Positions 28,065-42,100 of a stretch of 64,000 bases of DNA are shown here, in pieces; the first letter of the stretch is position 1; each line of letters begins with the position of its first letter. Below the pieces are notes generated by a model. The model was not told the DNA's origin, searched no databases, and saw nothing but the letters and a program-made list of their open reading frames with translations. The position numbers and the translations under genes were made by a program. This stretch comes from a virus: positions 22,318 through 86,317 of the IMG/VR virus record IMGVR_UViG_3300025785_001261. One strand, written 5' to 3'.

Positions 28065-29345
28065 TTATTTGATTGTGACAATGGCTTCTACGGTGCCCTC
28101 GTCTGCTGTTAATTTATCTTTCAACGCACGACCAATCACATTAAATGCTGTGGCTTCTCCGGCCTGTGCTGCACGGGCTAGGCCCTTGCCAGCAGATACC
28201 AAGCGATCTCCTTTGCGCACGATACCAATGCTTCGCACCGGAACTCGTCCTGTCATGGCCACTGCTGGGTGAGTCAAATCTGATCCAGCTGAGCTGTTCA
28301 TTAGGTAGGCTGCTTGGGTACTTATAACACCAAACACATTGTCGCTTAATTCTGTAGCACTTTGAGTGATTTCGGCAGAACCGCCCAACTCAACTACTGT
28401 ACCTGGAGCCAAGTCGGCGTCGGCTTCAAAACGTTCAGCCACGTCAGCATACTGTGCCGTGATCTGTGTGCCTTGGATAGTGCCATTGGCACCAAAAATG
28501 GTCATGGCCGTGGTTGGAACTCCAGCCACGTTGACCACAAATGCTATGTTGCCACCGTTGTCTTGATTGGCCACGGTCACATTGGTATTGGCCACAGATA
28601 CTCTGAAATCTTGGCTGGCGCCCACTGATAGGCCTGCATTGTTGTTGATAGCAATGGTACCAGTGGTTGTGGTATTGGAATCGGTACGCATGAAACTGTC
28701 GCTGGTAAATCCGTTCAGGTATGATGCGTTGTTGACTGTGCCCCAGAACTGTGGTGCCTGTCCATTGACTGTGGTGGCCAACTGTATGCCAGGATTCACA
28801 TTGGCAAATCCAGGAATGGCCGACTGCGGAACGAATGTAGCGTCTTGACTCACAATGCCAACTATGTCGCTGTTGACTACCAGCTCAATCACAGGATGCA
28901 CAGTTGAGTTGTTGTCGGTAATCACATTGGCAAATGCACCAGTGACACCTGTGGCTGAACTATAGTTTGGTCCAATCAATAGGAAGGCAGTGCCAGTCCA
29001 GACAAACAACTGTGCATTGGTAGTGTTGTACCAGAGGTCGCCAGTCACGTTACTGGTAGGTGCTGTTCCTTGCGCTGTGGCGCTGCTGATGGTTTTCCAT
29101 GAAGAGCCGTTATAAACCTGTAGCAAGTTGCTACCAGAATTCCACCACAGTTGACCTGTTAGCGGAGCACCAGGAGGAGTAGTGTTGGATGAATTTTCTA
29201 GAAGGTGTATAAAGTTGGTGTCTAAGAATTGACCGTAACCGGCATAGTTTTTGCCCACCAGTGTCATGCTACTGCTGGTGTTTATTGTACCGTCAGGAAT
29301 GACAGCAAATATAGCGCCATCAGTTAGGTTAATTGTGTATGACAT
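28065..29345 (-). CDS. Tail fibre-like protein with C-terminal intramolecular-chaperone/peptidase G2-like domain
   Basis: N-terminal LVGKNYAGYGQ..N..LLEN, PLTGQLWW and VTGDLWY repeats; C-terminal YADVAERF...PGTVV...GVIS...AMTGRVPV...KGDRLVS...IGRAL. Confidence 0.78.
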   Translation of the reverse strand: MSYTINLTDGAIFAVIPDGTINTSSSMTLVGKNYAGYGQFLDTNFIHLLENSSNTTPPGAPLTGQLWWNSGSNLLQVYNGSSWKTISSATAQGTAPTSNVTGDLWYNTTNAQLFVWTGTAFLLIGPNYSSATGVTGAFANVITDNNSTVHPVIELVVNSDIVGIVSQDATFVPQSAIPGFANVNPGIQLATTVNGQAPQFWGTVNNASYLNGFTSDSFMRTDSNTTTTGTIAINNNAGLSVGASQDFRVSVANTNVTVANQDNGGNIAFVVNVAGVPTTAMTIFGANGTIQGTQITAQYADVAERFEADADLAPGTVVELGGSAEITQSATELSDNVFGVISTQAAYLMNSSAGSDLTHPAVAMTGRVPVRSIGIVRKGDRLVSAGKGLARAAQAGEATAFNVIGRALKDKLTADEGTVEAIVTIK

Positions 29346-29367
29346 GTTTTATTACTCCGTCTTGTTG

Positions 29368-29398
29368 TATTTACCGCACATTAATATACTCATATTTA
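29368..29398 (-). promoter_or_regulatory. Two TAAATA late-promoter motifs
   Basis: Minus-strand TAAATA at 29393-29398 and 29368-29373, upstream of the fibre gene. Confidence 0.6.
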
Positions 29399-30016
29399 TG
29401 CGGCACTTAAATTTGTCAAAGTCTGGATACGCAGGGTATAATCAATCTGGATCTGGCGGTTCAGACTCTTTTGTACAGGGTGAAAAATAACATGGGTGAT
29501 CAGCAACAGATCTGTGGCGCTGGTACCGTAGCACTGTAGCCCTAGCTCATCAAACACATATTCACCGTTAAAATTGGTACTGTTATCGTAGGCCTGTTGT
29601 CCAGCAGGTTCGCCGTAGTCCAAGGTACAGGTTACCACGATGTCTGTATAAGGTTGACCTGATGTATGCAGGACTGTCATGTAGTTGTTGGCTGGATCTA
29701 AATCGGCTACCGAATTATCATCTACCACCTTGACATAAGTTTCGTTGTACAAGGTAGCATTTGTGCCGGTAGTATTAGGTGGCAAATAAGTGATGACACC
29801 GGTTGGATCCACTGCACTACCGCCATTGCCAAAGGCCATGGCATAGATCCAGCCGCCGCCCTGAGCACTGGTTCTATTGCTCAGAGTGCGTGCCATAGCA
29901 ATACTGATATTTTCATAGTGTATGGCATTTTTTTTATCAACTAACACTTCGCCGGTGTTAGGATCGGTAATTTTTACAAAGCCTTCAATTCTGGCCAGTC
30001 CGGGTTGGATCATCAT
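29396..30016 (-). CDS. Virion structural protein (baseplate/tail associated)
   Basis: KKNAIHYEN, MAFGNGG, FDELGL, THVIFHPVQKSLNR; in the structural operon. Confidence 0.75.
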   Translation of the reverse strand: MMIQPGLARIEGFVKITDPNTGEVLVDKKNAIHYENISIAMARTLSNRTSAQGGGWIYAMAFGNGGSAVDPTGVITYLPPNTTGTNATLYNETYVKVVDDNSVADLDPANNYMTVLHTSGQPYTDIVVTCTLDYGEPAGQQAYDNSTNFNGEYVFDELGLQCYGTSATDLLLITHVIFHPVQKSLNRQIQIDYTLRIQTLTNLSAA

Positions 30017-30162
30017 GCTGGTTTCTCCACAAATTTTTCTTGTGTGTTTGGATCAAATATTTTTACAAATCCCCGTACTACCACAGTCCCGGTTTCATTG
30101 GGACGTGCCTGAGGAGCTTTTGCTGATTTTGGCGCAGTTTCTTGCTGGTTATTCTGGGTCAT
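30013..30162 (-). CDS. 49-aa protein MTQNNQQ...RPNETGTVVVRGFVKIFDPNTQEKFVEKPA (not in ORF track)
   Basis: TAAATA 4 nt upstream; stop overlaps the next ATG; similar to the N-terminus of the next gene. Confidence 0.75.
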   Translation of the reverse strand: MTQNNQQETAPKSAKAPQARPNETGTVVVRGFVKIFDPNTQEKFVEKPA

Positions 30163-30178
30163 GAGTTATTTAGCTGGA

Positions 30179-33100
30179 TTATAAGCCCCGTAAAAACCTT
30201 GCAGGTGCTGTTTCGGTATCCTGTAAAGGTTGTCCGTTGCTGGCGGTGCCATCGCCGGGTGCATACCAGGTTGATCCGCGCTGTACCAAGATAGTAACAT
30301 CAACCCCTGCTGGAGGAGCTGTATCAAATGTCACAGTGGCCGGGTCAGCGCTGGTCAAGGTATATCCAGTCTGGACATATAATCCTCCTACATAGACCTG
30401 CACCGCTTCTGGTTGTTGTGTGGTTGTTAGGTCACTTACGTTGATATTTTCAGCTACAAATACAGTTTGAGTTCCATTGGACAGTATGGTGTTGCTGACC
30501 ACGTGGTTCTGGTACTGTGCATACAGCAACTGACTTGGGCCCATGCTGTAAACTATGGCTCCAGCAACATGTGGAGCATTGGCTGTACCAGCTGTGCCAC
30601 GTAAAAGACCACTGATGGTGTTGGCCGTAGTATCTCTGTAGCGATACATGATGCGTTCGGCATCTATGGTAACGACTCCCCATATGTCAGCCGCCAAATC
30701 TGGAGCCGACAAGGCCGCGGCATTGGCCACATGAATCACATCATCAGTTTTAGTCACAGCCTGAGTTGTTGTGCTGGTGGTATCTGGTGTCATTCTGTAG
30801 GTTGCCTGCACTCCGCGCATGTCTTGGAATATACGGAACTCCATGGCTTCGGGCACAACAAAGTTTGTAAACTGTGTGACTATCACTTGATCAGTTGGTC
30901 CCATGACTCCGGTGTTGAGATTCAGTTTGGTTCCGTCAAGAGTAAATCCGCTACCATTGAATAGGCGGCGACCATTGAAGTAGACCCACAACCGGTCTGG
31001 GTCAGTGATTATGGTACCCAGATCTATGTCATTGACTTGCACTGTTTCGCCTGTGGTGAAGTCGTATGATCCAGAACTGTTGTTGTAGGCATCGGTATCA
31101 TTGCTACGCACTAGATCAACTGCATAGGCCAGTCCAGTGCCAGATCCTGGACCAAGAGCTTGGAATATAGTTCCAGGATTGTTATTGGCGGCGCCACACA
31201 AGGTCCAGTCAGTGTTGCCGGTGATGTAGATCTGATAGAGATAGTTGGCCTTCAGGGATCCTGCTTCAAACGGACCAGGGTCAGAAGAATACTGTACGGA
31301 CTGTATGTAATTAGGATCAAATGGAGTTTCATCAAGGCCTTCTGATACAGTGATACCAGCTACCACTGGACCTGAAAACAACTGAGTAAGAAGTCCTTGT
31401 TGCCGTGTGTCATTCCAGGATGTCACAGCAATAGTAGATCCAGCAGGTGGAACTAGTCCAGCTCCGGCCACAAAGGTCAGGACACCATCGCTCACTATGG
31501 CCTGTGGATTGGCTGATGCGTAGATCTGTATGGCAGTGCCGGCGGCAGGAACAGTGTTAAAGGTTACGTATTTTGTGGCACCCACAATGGATCCACCTGA
31601 CACATAGGCCCCGGTACTGGTGTTGCCAAAAAACACACTGGTTACAGTACAAGATATAACTGTAAAGGTACCATTATAGCCACTGCCAGTTCCGGTCAAG
31701 CCAGTAACAGTAATTTGTTCACCGGGTAGATAGGGAGGAACTGCCTGGGCCGCAAATGTCAATCTGGCTACACTACCATTTCCATTGGCTCCGTTGACCG
31801 CTATAGGACCCAGTGGTGACAGGGACCATTGTGTGGTTGCTACAGGTAAATTGTTTACATAAACCGACACAGCAGAACTTGAAATTGTACTAGGATCCAC
31901 GCCCGAGCGTGTAGGCAACAGGAACGATGAAATGGCACCATCGCCCACATAATTGACACCACTGGCCATGCGAGCTCTAGCCCCGTTTACGGATACAATC
32001 AAATTACTGGGATTACTGTAGTCCAAATTGTTATCTAGCACATATGATGTAGCACCTGTGGCTGTGATAATTTGAGTCTGTGGAGTACTCCAGCTGTAGT
32101 TGGTTGTTACTCCGTTGATAGTGGTAGGTGCCAAAACATATAGGCAGACAAAATCAGCCGCTGTCAACTGTTCAAGGAACACCACTTCGGTTTCATTGAC
32201 TCCATAGGCTGAGTAGACATAATTGGTAGATAACACACCATTAATAAACACCACCAGTTCCTGTATGTTGGGATTCGTACTGCCCTGTTGGTAATATTCT
32301 ACCGGTAATATGGCATAACTGTAAACAGTAGTGTCAACTGTGTGGGTGGGCAAATTGGCACCGTTGTAGTTGTTTCTGTAAAGCTGATTGCCTCCACCGA
32401 CTTCAAACACAGAAATCACAATGGTATCACCAGCAGTGGCATTGCCTGTAATGGTTATCTGTTGATTGGGCCAGTCTACAGTATATCCTGTGCCTAACAC
32501 CAGATCAGTTTCCTGCGTTTGATTGGACACACGTACCTGTGCTGGGTAAGGTGCCATACCGGCAAAGCTCACAGTTGGAGTCAAGGGATCGTATACAAAT
32601 TTTTCAAGAACTTCAAGGAACCCGTGTCCTCGTTGTTGCCAGTCAGCGCCAGGTGTGGTATATACCCGCATGTCCAAGGTATCAAATTCGCTGCCAGGTA
32701 CCAGTTCTTCTGGAGCATAGCTGCTGAAGGTATCAATGTATCCACCGCCGTCCACATTGATATCAGTGGGTCTTGTTCCTAGATATAGATCCAGATACGA
32801 ACTAGAATATCTAGCATCTAGAATACTAGGATCATATGTGGGTTGTCCACTGGCATCGTAGCTGATGTTATCAAATGGATTGATGTTGTAATTGCCCACA
32901 TCAAAACCTGTGTTCTGGTTGTAAGTGGGTCCAGTGACCTGGACTCCAGGATAGCTGACTCCGTTGATCAACAAGGGCAGACTGAGTCCGGGCATGTTGA
33001 CACCGGGTACATAGAAACCCATGGTGCGATCTACACCACTGAGCTGACTAGCTGGTACCAAAGACCAAAATGCCGGATCAAAATAGCTTTCATTCAAGGT

Positions 33101-36100
33101 AGTGTTGGCTGACCAAACCGCATCAAGATAACGAACTCGATCCCCTGCGTTGTAGGTCACGCCTGCTTGCCATTCGTGTATGGTAGACGCATACTGGTAA
33201 CGATCATACTTGATAGTAGTTTTGAAACTGCGTACTAGACTGTTGCTCATGACAGCAACCGCTTGCGCACCCGACCCGTTGCCACCGGTGAGAGAAATAG
33301 TAGCTGTGGTAACGTAACCGGATCCGGGTGTGAGCACATTTATGGCCACAACCTGGCCAGCACTGTTGATCACAGCAGCCATGGTGGCCTGCTGGGTGCA
33401 GTTGCCTGTGACCACTACCACTGGTGGTACGGTATAGCCCGATCCGCCGTTGACTATTTCTACCGAATCAATATTGAGAGTATAGTTGTTGAACCAGTCG
33501 GACCAGGGCCATTGGCTCCATACAGCGGCATTTGATGCTTCGTCGCTGATGGTTGATTCAACTAGGCTGCCGGATAGCGTGTATGGAGTCAGCACAGGGC
33601 TAGTAAACTGCGGTATTACCAGATCTGTATTCCAGTAAGCCGGCAGATCAAAGTCACTTAGTTCTCCACCATAGGTATCAAGACCGTCATATATCAAATT
33701 AAAGGCAGAAGTCTGCACATGATAAGGTTTGACTTCATTCAAATAATCTTGAACAAAAATCTGATTGTCCTTTTGATACAGCTGATAAGGTAACAAAGCA
33801 CGCAAATTATGATCTACTTCGATGAAACTGCTCTTGACCAACCAGTCAGGAGCAGTAAATTCACTGTAGACAAAGTTGAACAACAAGATCAAGCACTGAT
33901 TACGGAATATCAATAGATCATCAATGAATAATTCTTGATTGATGGCCTGGATGATTTTTCTAGTCTCAATCACTGGTTCTTGATCAAAGTACTGAGCATC
34001 AAATACCTGGGCGTCATATCCGTATTTTCCAAGCTGATAGTTCCACAAGGTCTCACTGAATGCAATGGTACCTTGTTGTAATCCTACTCGTGTCCAGTCT
34101 GATATGGCTCCGACAGCAGTGGTACGTAGATAAATTTCCCACATGCCACCATTGTAATTGGTGACTTGCACACTGCTGCCAACAGGAGCCTGTGATAGGC
34201 TTAGGCTCAGCAGATCACCGGTATTTTGTACCTGTGCCACTGGTTGTGTGGCCTTGTTGTATCCGGGCAGATACCAGTCAATGTAGTTCCAATAAAGTGG
34301 AGTATCGTAATTTTGGATACGTATCAGATTTGTTTCACGCTTGAGCCCTGTAGCATCTAGTGCCACTTCATACACAGTCCAACGACCATTTTGTGTTGAA
34401 TCCGATGTAACTAAAAATAGATAGCCTAACGGAACAATATAAAGATTTTGATAAGTCAGTACTTCGTAGCTGTCTACCTGTTGGTTGTAACCATTGGTGC
34501 CTGTCACTGCCACATTGGTCAAATACAAACTGTCATTGAGAATATAAGTTCCAGAGTCACCATAGCCATTGATGGTGACAAAAGGTGGTATTCCGTCTCC
34601 GGTCAGGGTCATTCCCACCACGAACTCACCTGTCAAGTCACCACCCACAGTGAGAATATTGCCCGAGATTGAACAAACTGTAGCTGTGGCTGTGACCGAT
34701 GATGGCAAGGCTTCAGAACTGTTGAGTAAATTGAAACTCCTAATTTCACTGATAGGGTACTGCGCCAGTATAGAGTTGGCTCTGGTAAGATAATTTTCCA
34801 GTGCTGCAAATCGATCACTGAACATGCTTTGTCTTGGCCGGAACTTTACTCCGTAACGCTGACCAGGACTTAGGAATGGATCAGGTACTGGATTTCCTAC
34901 AGTATCCTCACCGCAGAGACTGTCTTGTAATTTTCTATACAGGGTGTCGTCCAAGAAACTGTGCGGACGTCCGTCGGCTACAAGTGCATACTCTTGATGA
35001 ATATTATTTTGTGAGCCAGCGGCCTGTTGATCATATTCAACATGTAACACTGTGTTGTTGGCACTGACCAGATTTGGAACTGCATTGTACAGTGCAATGG
35101 CACTGGAATTCAAAGCACCTATATAGGCAATTCCACTGTTGATAGGATATTGAATATAACTGGCAATGGCTGTTGTGCTCAGAGTCTTACCTGTGTATAC
35201 AGTAGGTATATTCCTAACCCAATAGTAATAAGTGGTAGAGAACAGCCCATTGAGTCCCAGGGCAGATCCTACACTGTAACTAGTGGTGCTGAGCGGTGTT
35301 CCAGGTCCACTATAGTTGGCTGGTGGTACAGAGCTTTCTATCCACTGATAGATGTCTACTCTACTGCCCGGAAATGTTTGTCCCCATTGGCGACTAGCAT
35401 AGGTTATATCATTCTGATTGGGATTGATAAATCTTACCAGGTTGGTGTCCCACCAGATTTGACCTACATGGCTGGCAGCCCAGGTAGTTCCATTGTTGTG
35501 TACAGTTCCGTGATTGTAACTGGCTGGGTCTACAGCTCCAATATAGTCAATATTTTGCTGGGCCACTCCAAGTATCTTGCCCTGCAATGGATCAATAAAA
35601 TCGTAATAGGTCTGCGTGCTGCTCAACAGCTTGTCAAAAGAATAAACAGAATTAATCAATTCTACATTGACCACTGGTTCTTGTTGATGTATCACTTGCC
35701 AGGCTGGCAAGCCCAACAGATTGTCAAGCACAGTGGCAGTTCCATAGTTGGTTTGATTGGCTGATCCAAGATCGGCACCTGGAGCACCGGCTATCAGTTG
35801 TCCTTCAGTGAAAGATACCGAAGTTCCAAAGCCATCGCCCTGGGCCAAAGTGGTGTTATAAACCTGTTGACCAAATACCAGTTGTCCTGGGTTGGTAGCC
35901 GAAGGATTGGCACTTTCTAAAAGATCAAATGTGTAGACCACGCCAGAGTTGGTCACTAGATTGCTAAAGCTGGTGCTATTTTTGTCAAATATGGTCTTAC
36001 CGCCGTCGAACGGCATGATTTCGTACACGTTGCCGTTGGGCGATCCTACCACTAGATTTGATGCCGGGGCATTGACACCCAGGCTATGTCCAAATCGTCC

Positions 36101-39100
36101 AGAATTTACCGGATTGGGACTGTAGATAGTTTGCGTATAGATCCAGCTGGTAAAGCCAAGGTTGGCGAATGCTGTTCCATTGCTGCCGGGCAACACTGTG
36201 AGTTGACTGTAGGCGGTTGCTGAAGGATTTATGACATTCAACACCAGGCGTCCCGAAACAACCAAGATGGTTTTGCCACCCAGTGGAGCTGTTACAAATA
36301 AGATCTGTTGTGCGGTATTGTCGTAGGTATAGTCGGTACTATAGGTTTGCAATACACCTGCAACATAGACCTTAGTAGTTGGGCCGCCCGGGCCAAACAC
36401 TGTAGAAGAATAAATGGATCCCACATCATAGATCTTGGTTGTCCCGTCGGCCACAAATGTAAGATCGCTGGTTAGGCTAGCCGACACATTGGGTATGCTG
36501 AAACTGAGTTTCCAGAACGACGGATTGTTCGAAGGCGTCTTGTTGGTGCTGGTGGTCAGAGCTGTGTAGCACAAGTTTTGGTAAATCACTCGATTACCGG
36601 TATGGTACTGCACAGTGCTGAGATATGGGCCTGGATTGATAGCACGGGCCAGTCCAGCAATAGTGTTGTCGGGACTAGCAGGCACCGCTATCTCTATGTT
36701 GTTGATACGTATGGTATCACCGGCTGTAAGAGTTGGATTGGCTATGTTGCTCACAATCACTCCATACCTACGACTCTGGTCTACGAGGCTTTGTACTTCA
36801 CCACTGTTGGTGGTTGTGTCGCTAGCATTCGGTGCGCCAACATAAACCGTGGTGTTGTTGGAACTCATGGCTAGGCTGTAACCAAACTGGGAGTCACTGG
36901 CGGGATTATTTGCCGACAGTTTTTGCACCAGCTGGAACTGGTTGGTGCTGATTTCTAATTCGTCGCCTAGAACTAGATACACTGAACTGGACAGTATAAT
37001 GTTGTTGCCTGAAACTGTATATTGACCATTTAAGAAATTAGCTGTATTGGTCAAGACAGTCTTGTTTAGTGTGACCTGAACTGGTGTGCTGACCATACCA
37101 GGTACAGTATATACCAGCTGAGTGGCATCGTTTACAATGTAGCGTATCACGCTACGATCGTACACATAGCTAGACCCTGCATGTGTAACTATGTTGCCGT
37201 TGCTATCTAGAGTCTGATCATTTTTAGCACCCACTATGAGTGTTTGTCCGTCGGTGCTGGTGACCAGACTGCTGCCAAATCCAGCATCATCAGCCAGACC
37301 CAGGCTGCCAGTTTCCAAGGTGTTGACCAAGGCCCAGTAGGTTGATGTTATGACATCAATGCTTGCACCTGCTCTAGGCGCTACTGCAAATACCAACCCA
37401 GTGTCGGGAGTATTTACAACCACCTGCTCCATAGAGTCGGTGTTTATGTATTCACCATCCAGAGTGACCAAATCTTCAAGATTGCCAGTGTTATAAATGT
37501 AGTCAATAGATGGGCGTTGTAAAATTCCATCAACATATACTGTAAATGAATCTATGTCGGTAATGGTATACAGAAATCCTGTCAAATTAAAACCAACTCT
37601 TGTACCATTGCCGGTCAAATTAACAGCCACCCGACGAGTGATTCTCAGTTTTTGATTTGGTGGCAGTTGTGTTATCAGTTGTATTGAGTTTGAATTTACC
37701 TGATAGTCAACCTGGTATGTCAAGGCCCGGTTGTTCAGCGTGACCAGCAGTTGTGCAGGTGCCTGATAATTGACCTGTATTGAGTCACTCCAGTTGTAAA
37801 ATACCGTGACCCCATCAGTGACATATTCAACTGACTGTGCCTGTTGATCCACTCGCGTGTAGGCATATACTCTGTTGTGTCCAGGACCACCAATGTACAA
37901 CCATCTTTCGTCATAGCTGAGTGCGATCGCAGTACCAAACTGCAAATTATTAAGGTAGTATTCAGGTGAAGTTATCAGCTGATTTATTCTAAATTCGTTG
38001 GTTGCAGGATCTTGATACAGTACAGTTGCATAGCCCTTGTTACCGTTACTGGCCGGTGCACCAACGGCTGCCCAGGTATTGTTGCCATAGGTGACCTTTT
38101 GACCAAAACCAAGAGTGTTTGTGGCATTGATGGTCAAGCTGACGCCGGTTCTGTAGTTGCCGTCCGAGGTTCGGTAGAAGGTTTCTACTTGACCAGTGCC
38201 TATGCCAGGTGTTCCAATCATCAAGGTACCACTGTTGAATGACTGTGTCACGCTGGTGCCAAAGTTGGCCTGCTCAACTAGACTGTTAGGTTGCAATATG
38301 CTATTCTGCGTGAAAGGAGCTGTTTTTTCAAGCACTTCCCATTGTCCATTGCCGTTGTTGTCAACCCAGGCCCTGGCACCTGAAAACAGCTCTTTGGAAT
38401 ATGGCAAGGAGGCCACATCACTGGCCTGCGCTACACGCTGAGTTTGCAAGCGCCAAACCAGTCCGTTACCACTGCTGTAAATGGTAGTTTGACTGGTGCT
38501 GGTAAAGCTGTATGCTATGACCACAGTGTTTAGCGAAGGCGTAGACAGGACACGATACACTCCATCAATTCCGGTGGCAAAGTAACGCATGATAATTAGA
38601 TCACCCACAGCCAGACCTGTGGTCTGGCTCAGTGTTACCAGACTGGTGCCGTTGAGATTGTCTGTAATCTGCAGGATCTGACCTGCAACCTGTGTGCAAC
38701 GATACACATTCCAGTTGTAACTGTTGTCTTTGGCCACCCAGATACTGGTACCAGTTCCAATCGTGTTGATTTGGCTGGCTATGTTGGACGGATCGTCCAG
38801 ACTGAATACAGTGATATCTACATCATCAAGATTGACATAGCCAGCCGATGGCAAGGCTGTATTTGATACTGGAGAAGTGATGGTAGGTAGTATGTTTGTG
38901 CTATTGATATTGTAACTGGAACTCCACAAATTACCCAACTGTACTGTTTGATCTGCCTGGCTGGTTTCACCTGGATAGATGATCTGCACTGTGCTGGGGT
39001 TGCTGGTCAAATCTGCTTCATTCAACAGGATTTCAAAATAGCTGCGATTGTAGTTGGCACCATAGGTTCCTACCAGTATGCCCCACTCTTCGTAGATGTT

Positions 39101-42100
39101 GTACTGTCCTGTTTCCTTGCCAAGATTCACGCGAGTTAATAGTTCGGCGGCACGCAGGCTACCCTTGGTCTTGATGAACTGCTGATACAGATTGATCTGG
39201 CTTACGTCATCCAGCTCAAGATCAACCATGTACTGGCGTGGCTGGAAGCCAATCAGGTTATAGGCCAGGAGGTCGTTGTCGCTGTTGAGATTGGCTGTTT
39301 GTGTGCTGTAGGTATTGGCCAACTGATCGGCCTTGTTGGCCAAGTTGGGCAATAGGCCTTGATCAATCATGGCGTAGTTGCTCTTGTACCAGTCATTGTA
39401 GTCAAACTGTGTCTTGGGCTGTACTAGGCCGGCAGCCTGCCAGTAGTTGTTTTTGTAACGTACAATTTCACCCTTGGTATAGCGTTGTGTGCTAGACCAA
39501 GGCTCAACGTTATTGTAGTTCAGTATGAACCCTTTGGCATTGAGAGTACCGTCCCATTGGGTGCTGTTAAATGCTTCCAGGTACAGGCGATTTTGGCGGG
39601 CTGCAGTGATAGGATCATAGATAAGATCATTGAATATGTCCACATTATCAAATACGATCATGTTTTCATAATCAGTAAACTTTAAATCTAAGAAACTAAT
39701 GGTTTGTGATGTGCTGGGTGCAGGTTGGATAGTAAATGTATCGCCCGAGCGTTGTATCACTAGATCTCGTGTGGCAAAGGTCTGACGATTTTGATCCAAC
39801 AGCTGATTGGCCAAACTGTAACTTATGATGTCGTCTACTACCGATCCAACTTGATACACAGTCAGTCTAGTTGCGCTGGGATTTAGATTGATAATAGTGC
39901 CTTCGCTCCAGCCCTGTTCTGCATAATACAAGAATTCCTGAGCCATTTGGTTCCAGTTTATGATCAGTCCATTTTCAATCTGGGTGAATGTAAATCCTTG
40001 ATTGGAAAGATACTGGCCGTAGCTGAGCAGGAAGTCGACTACCATGGTTGCATTAGAGAACACATAGCCATACGGTATGTAGGCTACTGAGTTTGAATAC
40101 TGTGCCGGTACTGAAACAGTAGCACCGCCAGCTGATATAGTTTGTAGTATGCCATTGGGCAAACTGACCTGTATAGGGAAATAGGGATCATATCCACTAT
40201 AGCCGTATACAGCATAGCCACCAGCAACTGTTTCAACTATTACTGAACTGTAGGTTATACGTCCATAAGGTTGATCTTTGTAGACCAGGAGATTATAGCT
40301 TTCGGGCGGAATGTACAGACTTTGATTCTGACTCTCCGGACTGGATTTTTCCAAGGCGATCTTGAGATAGTTATCGGCTGTCCAAGCTGCCATTCTATAG
40401 CACAGGCGAACATCCAGGTTGGCCAGATCAGTGCTCAAAATATTAGTGCTGTTGAGTCCGCGCTGTTGATTGAAGTCTACGATCCAGTTGATAAAACTGG
40501 CCTTGCTCACACCATTGCCGTAGATTTGTAGACCACTACCATCTAGTCTATAGCGTCCATTGTAAAGATACTGTTCTAGTTCAGTGTTATATCTGTAGAG
40601 ATCTCTATCGGCAAACAGACTGAAGAATTCTGCCGGGCGTGTCAGGGCCAGCAGTCGCATGATAGCAAATGGATAGCTGGAGCTCATCCACCAAGAAGCT
40701 TCTACAGGGCCGCCGTCGCCAACTTTCCAGCTGCGTTTGAAATTGTTGGGATCATACACGCCGACCACGCTTTCCAAAGGCGGTAGCAGTTGTCCTTGCT
40801 CATCAACCGGAATAACATTGGTCAGGCCTGGCCGTACATAGCGTGGATCTACATAAGGAGCTACAGGATCCGCCACATACCCGACTTCGAGGTCACCCCA
40901 CAGCACCAGGTTGTCACTGGTATAAGGTACAGGACCATAGCGATCGGTCCACCAGACTGGTTGCTCACTGAATCCCAGCATTTCCCATGGTGTGAGATTG
41001 GGTGTAAATGTGTCGTAAAAATATCTATAAATTCCGCGCCAGGCACCTTGTGTCAGAGCTGTTTCATTGATGTTGCTGATTTGACCGTTGACAAGTCTAA
41101 TACCATCACCGGTATAGTTGTAGGTAAATGGATTGTTGGCCAAGTAATCCTGGGCAGTATAATCCAACTTGTTGTAGCCAACCCAGCTGAGGAAATCTTC
41201 GCCCAAGATCTGGGTGATGGTGGTGTTGCTGTAGTCAGTGGTCCTGAAGTAGCCAGGAATCACATCCTCAGCTGTAAGCGGCACAGGATTGCCATCATTT
41301 TTCAAATTATCATAAATTCTGGTTTCAAATTCCAACAAGACCTGATCGCGAATGTCACCAAAGGCCACGGTGGTGCTGCCATCGTGTCCTTGGATAACAA
41401 AAGTTGGATTGATGTAGTCTGAATCTAGATAAAGCTCAGGACGGAACTTGGGATATAAACCCAACTTGGTCGGTGTGTTGGGGACATAGTTGCCGGTTGT
41501 GTCGTTGTATTCATTGATCGTGACCGTATCGCCCACGTTGAGAGGAATTAACACAGTCAAGGTTGGTGTATCTGTACCAACCACATAGTCATAGTTACGA
41601 GTCAACAAACGACCGTTTAGATAGACCAGGAGTCCTAGATAATTTGATTCAGTAAAATTATAAGTTTGTACTGTGTTGAATTGGTTGGTTGTGATGGCTG
41701 TGACCGTATAGGTATTGGAAGCATAAACTTTGCCGGATGGCAACATGTCTGACCAATAGAATGGACTCAGTTTGGTGTCGCCAGCATTCATCAACAGCAT
41801 GGCACTGTCTAAAATTTCTGGTACAGTTTGATTGCCCCAGTCGTTGGTGATCACGGTATTGAGCAACTGTGATTTGAATTTGATATATTCGCGACTGTTG
41901 TAATCAAGGCTTTCAAAAATATTGAACTGTTCATTGCGTAAAAAATAACCGGCCAAGGTCAACGGAGCACTTTGTTGTAAGATCTGCAGACCGTACGGAA
42001 TAATATTGCCTAGGTCTCTAGTGTTGTTGGGTCCAATTACAGGTCCTTCAAGACCGATCAAGTTTTCAGCTATGGTGCTGTAGTGATTGCGTGCAGTGCC

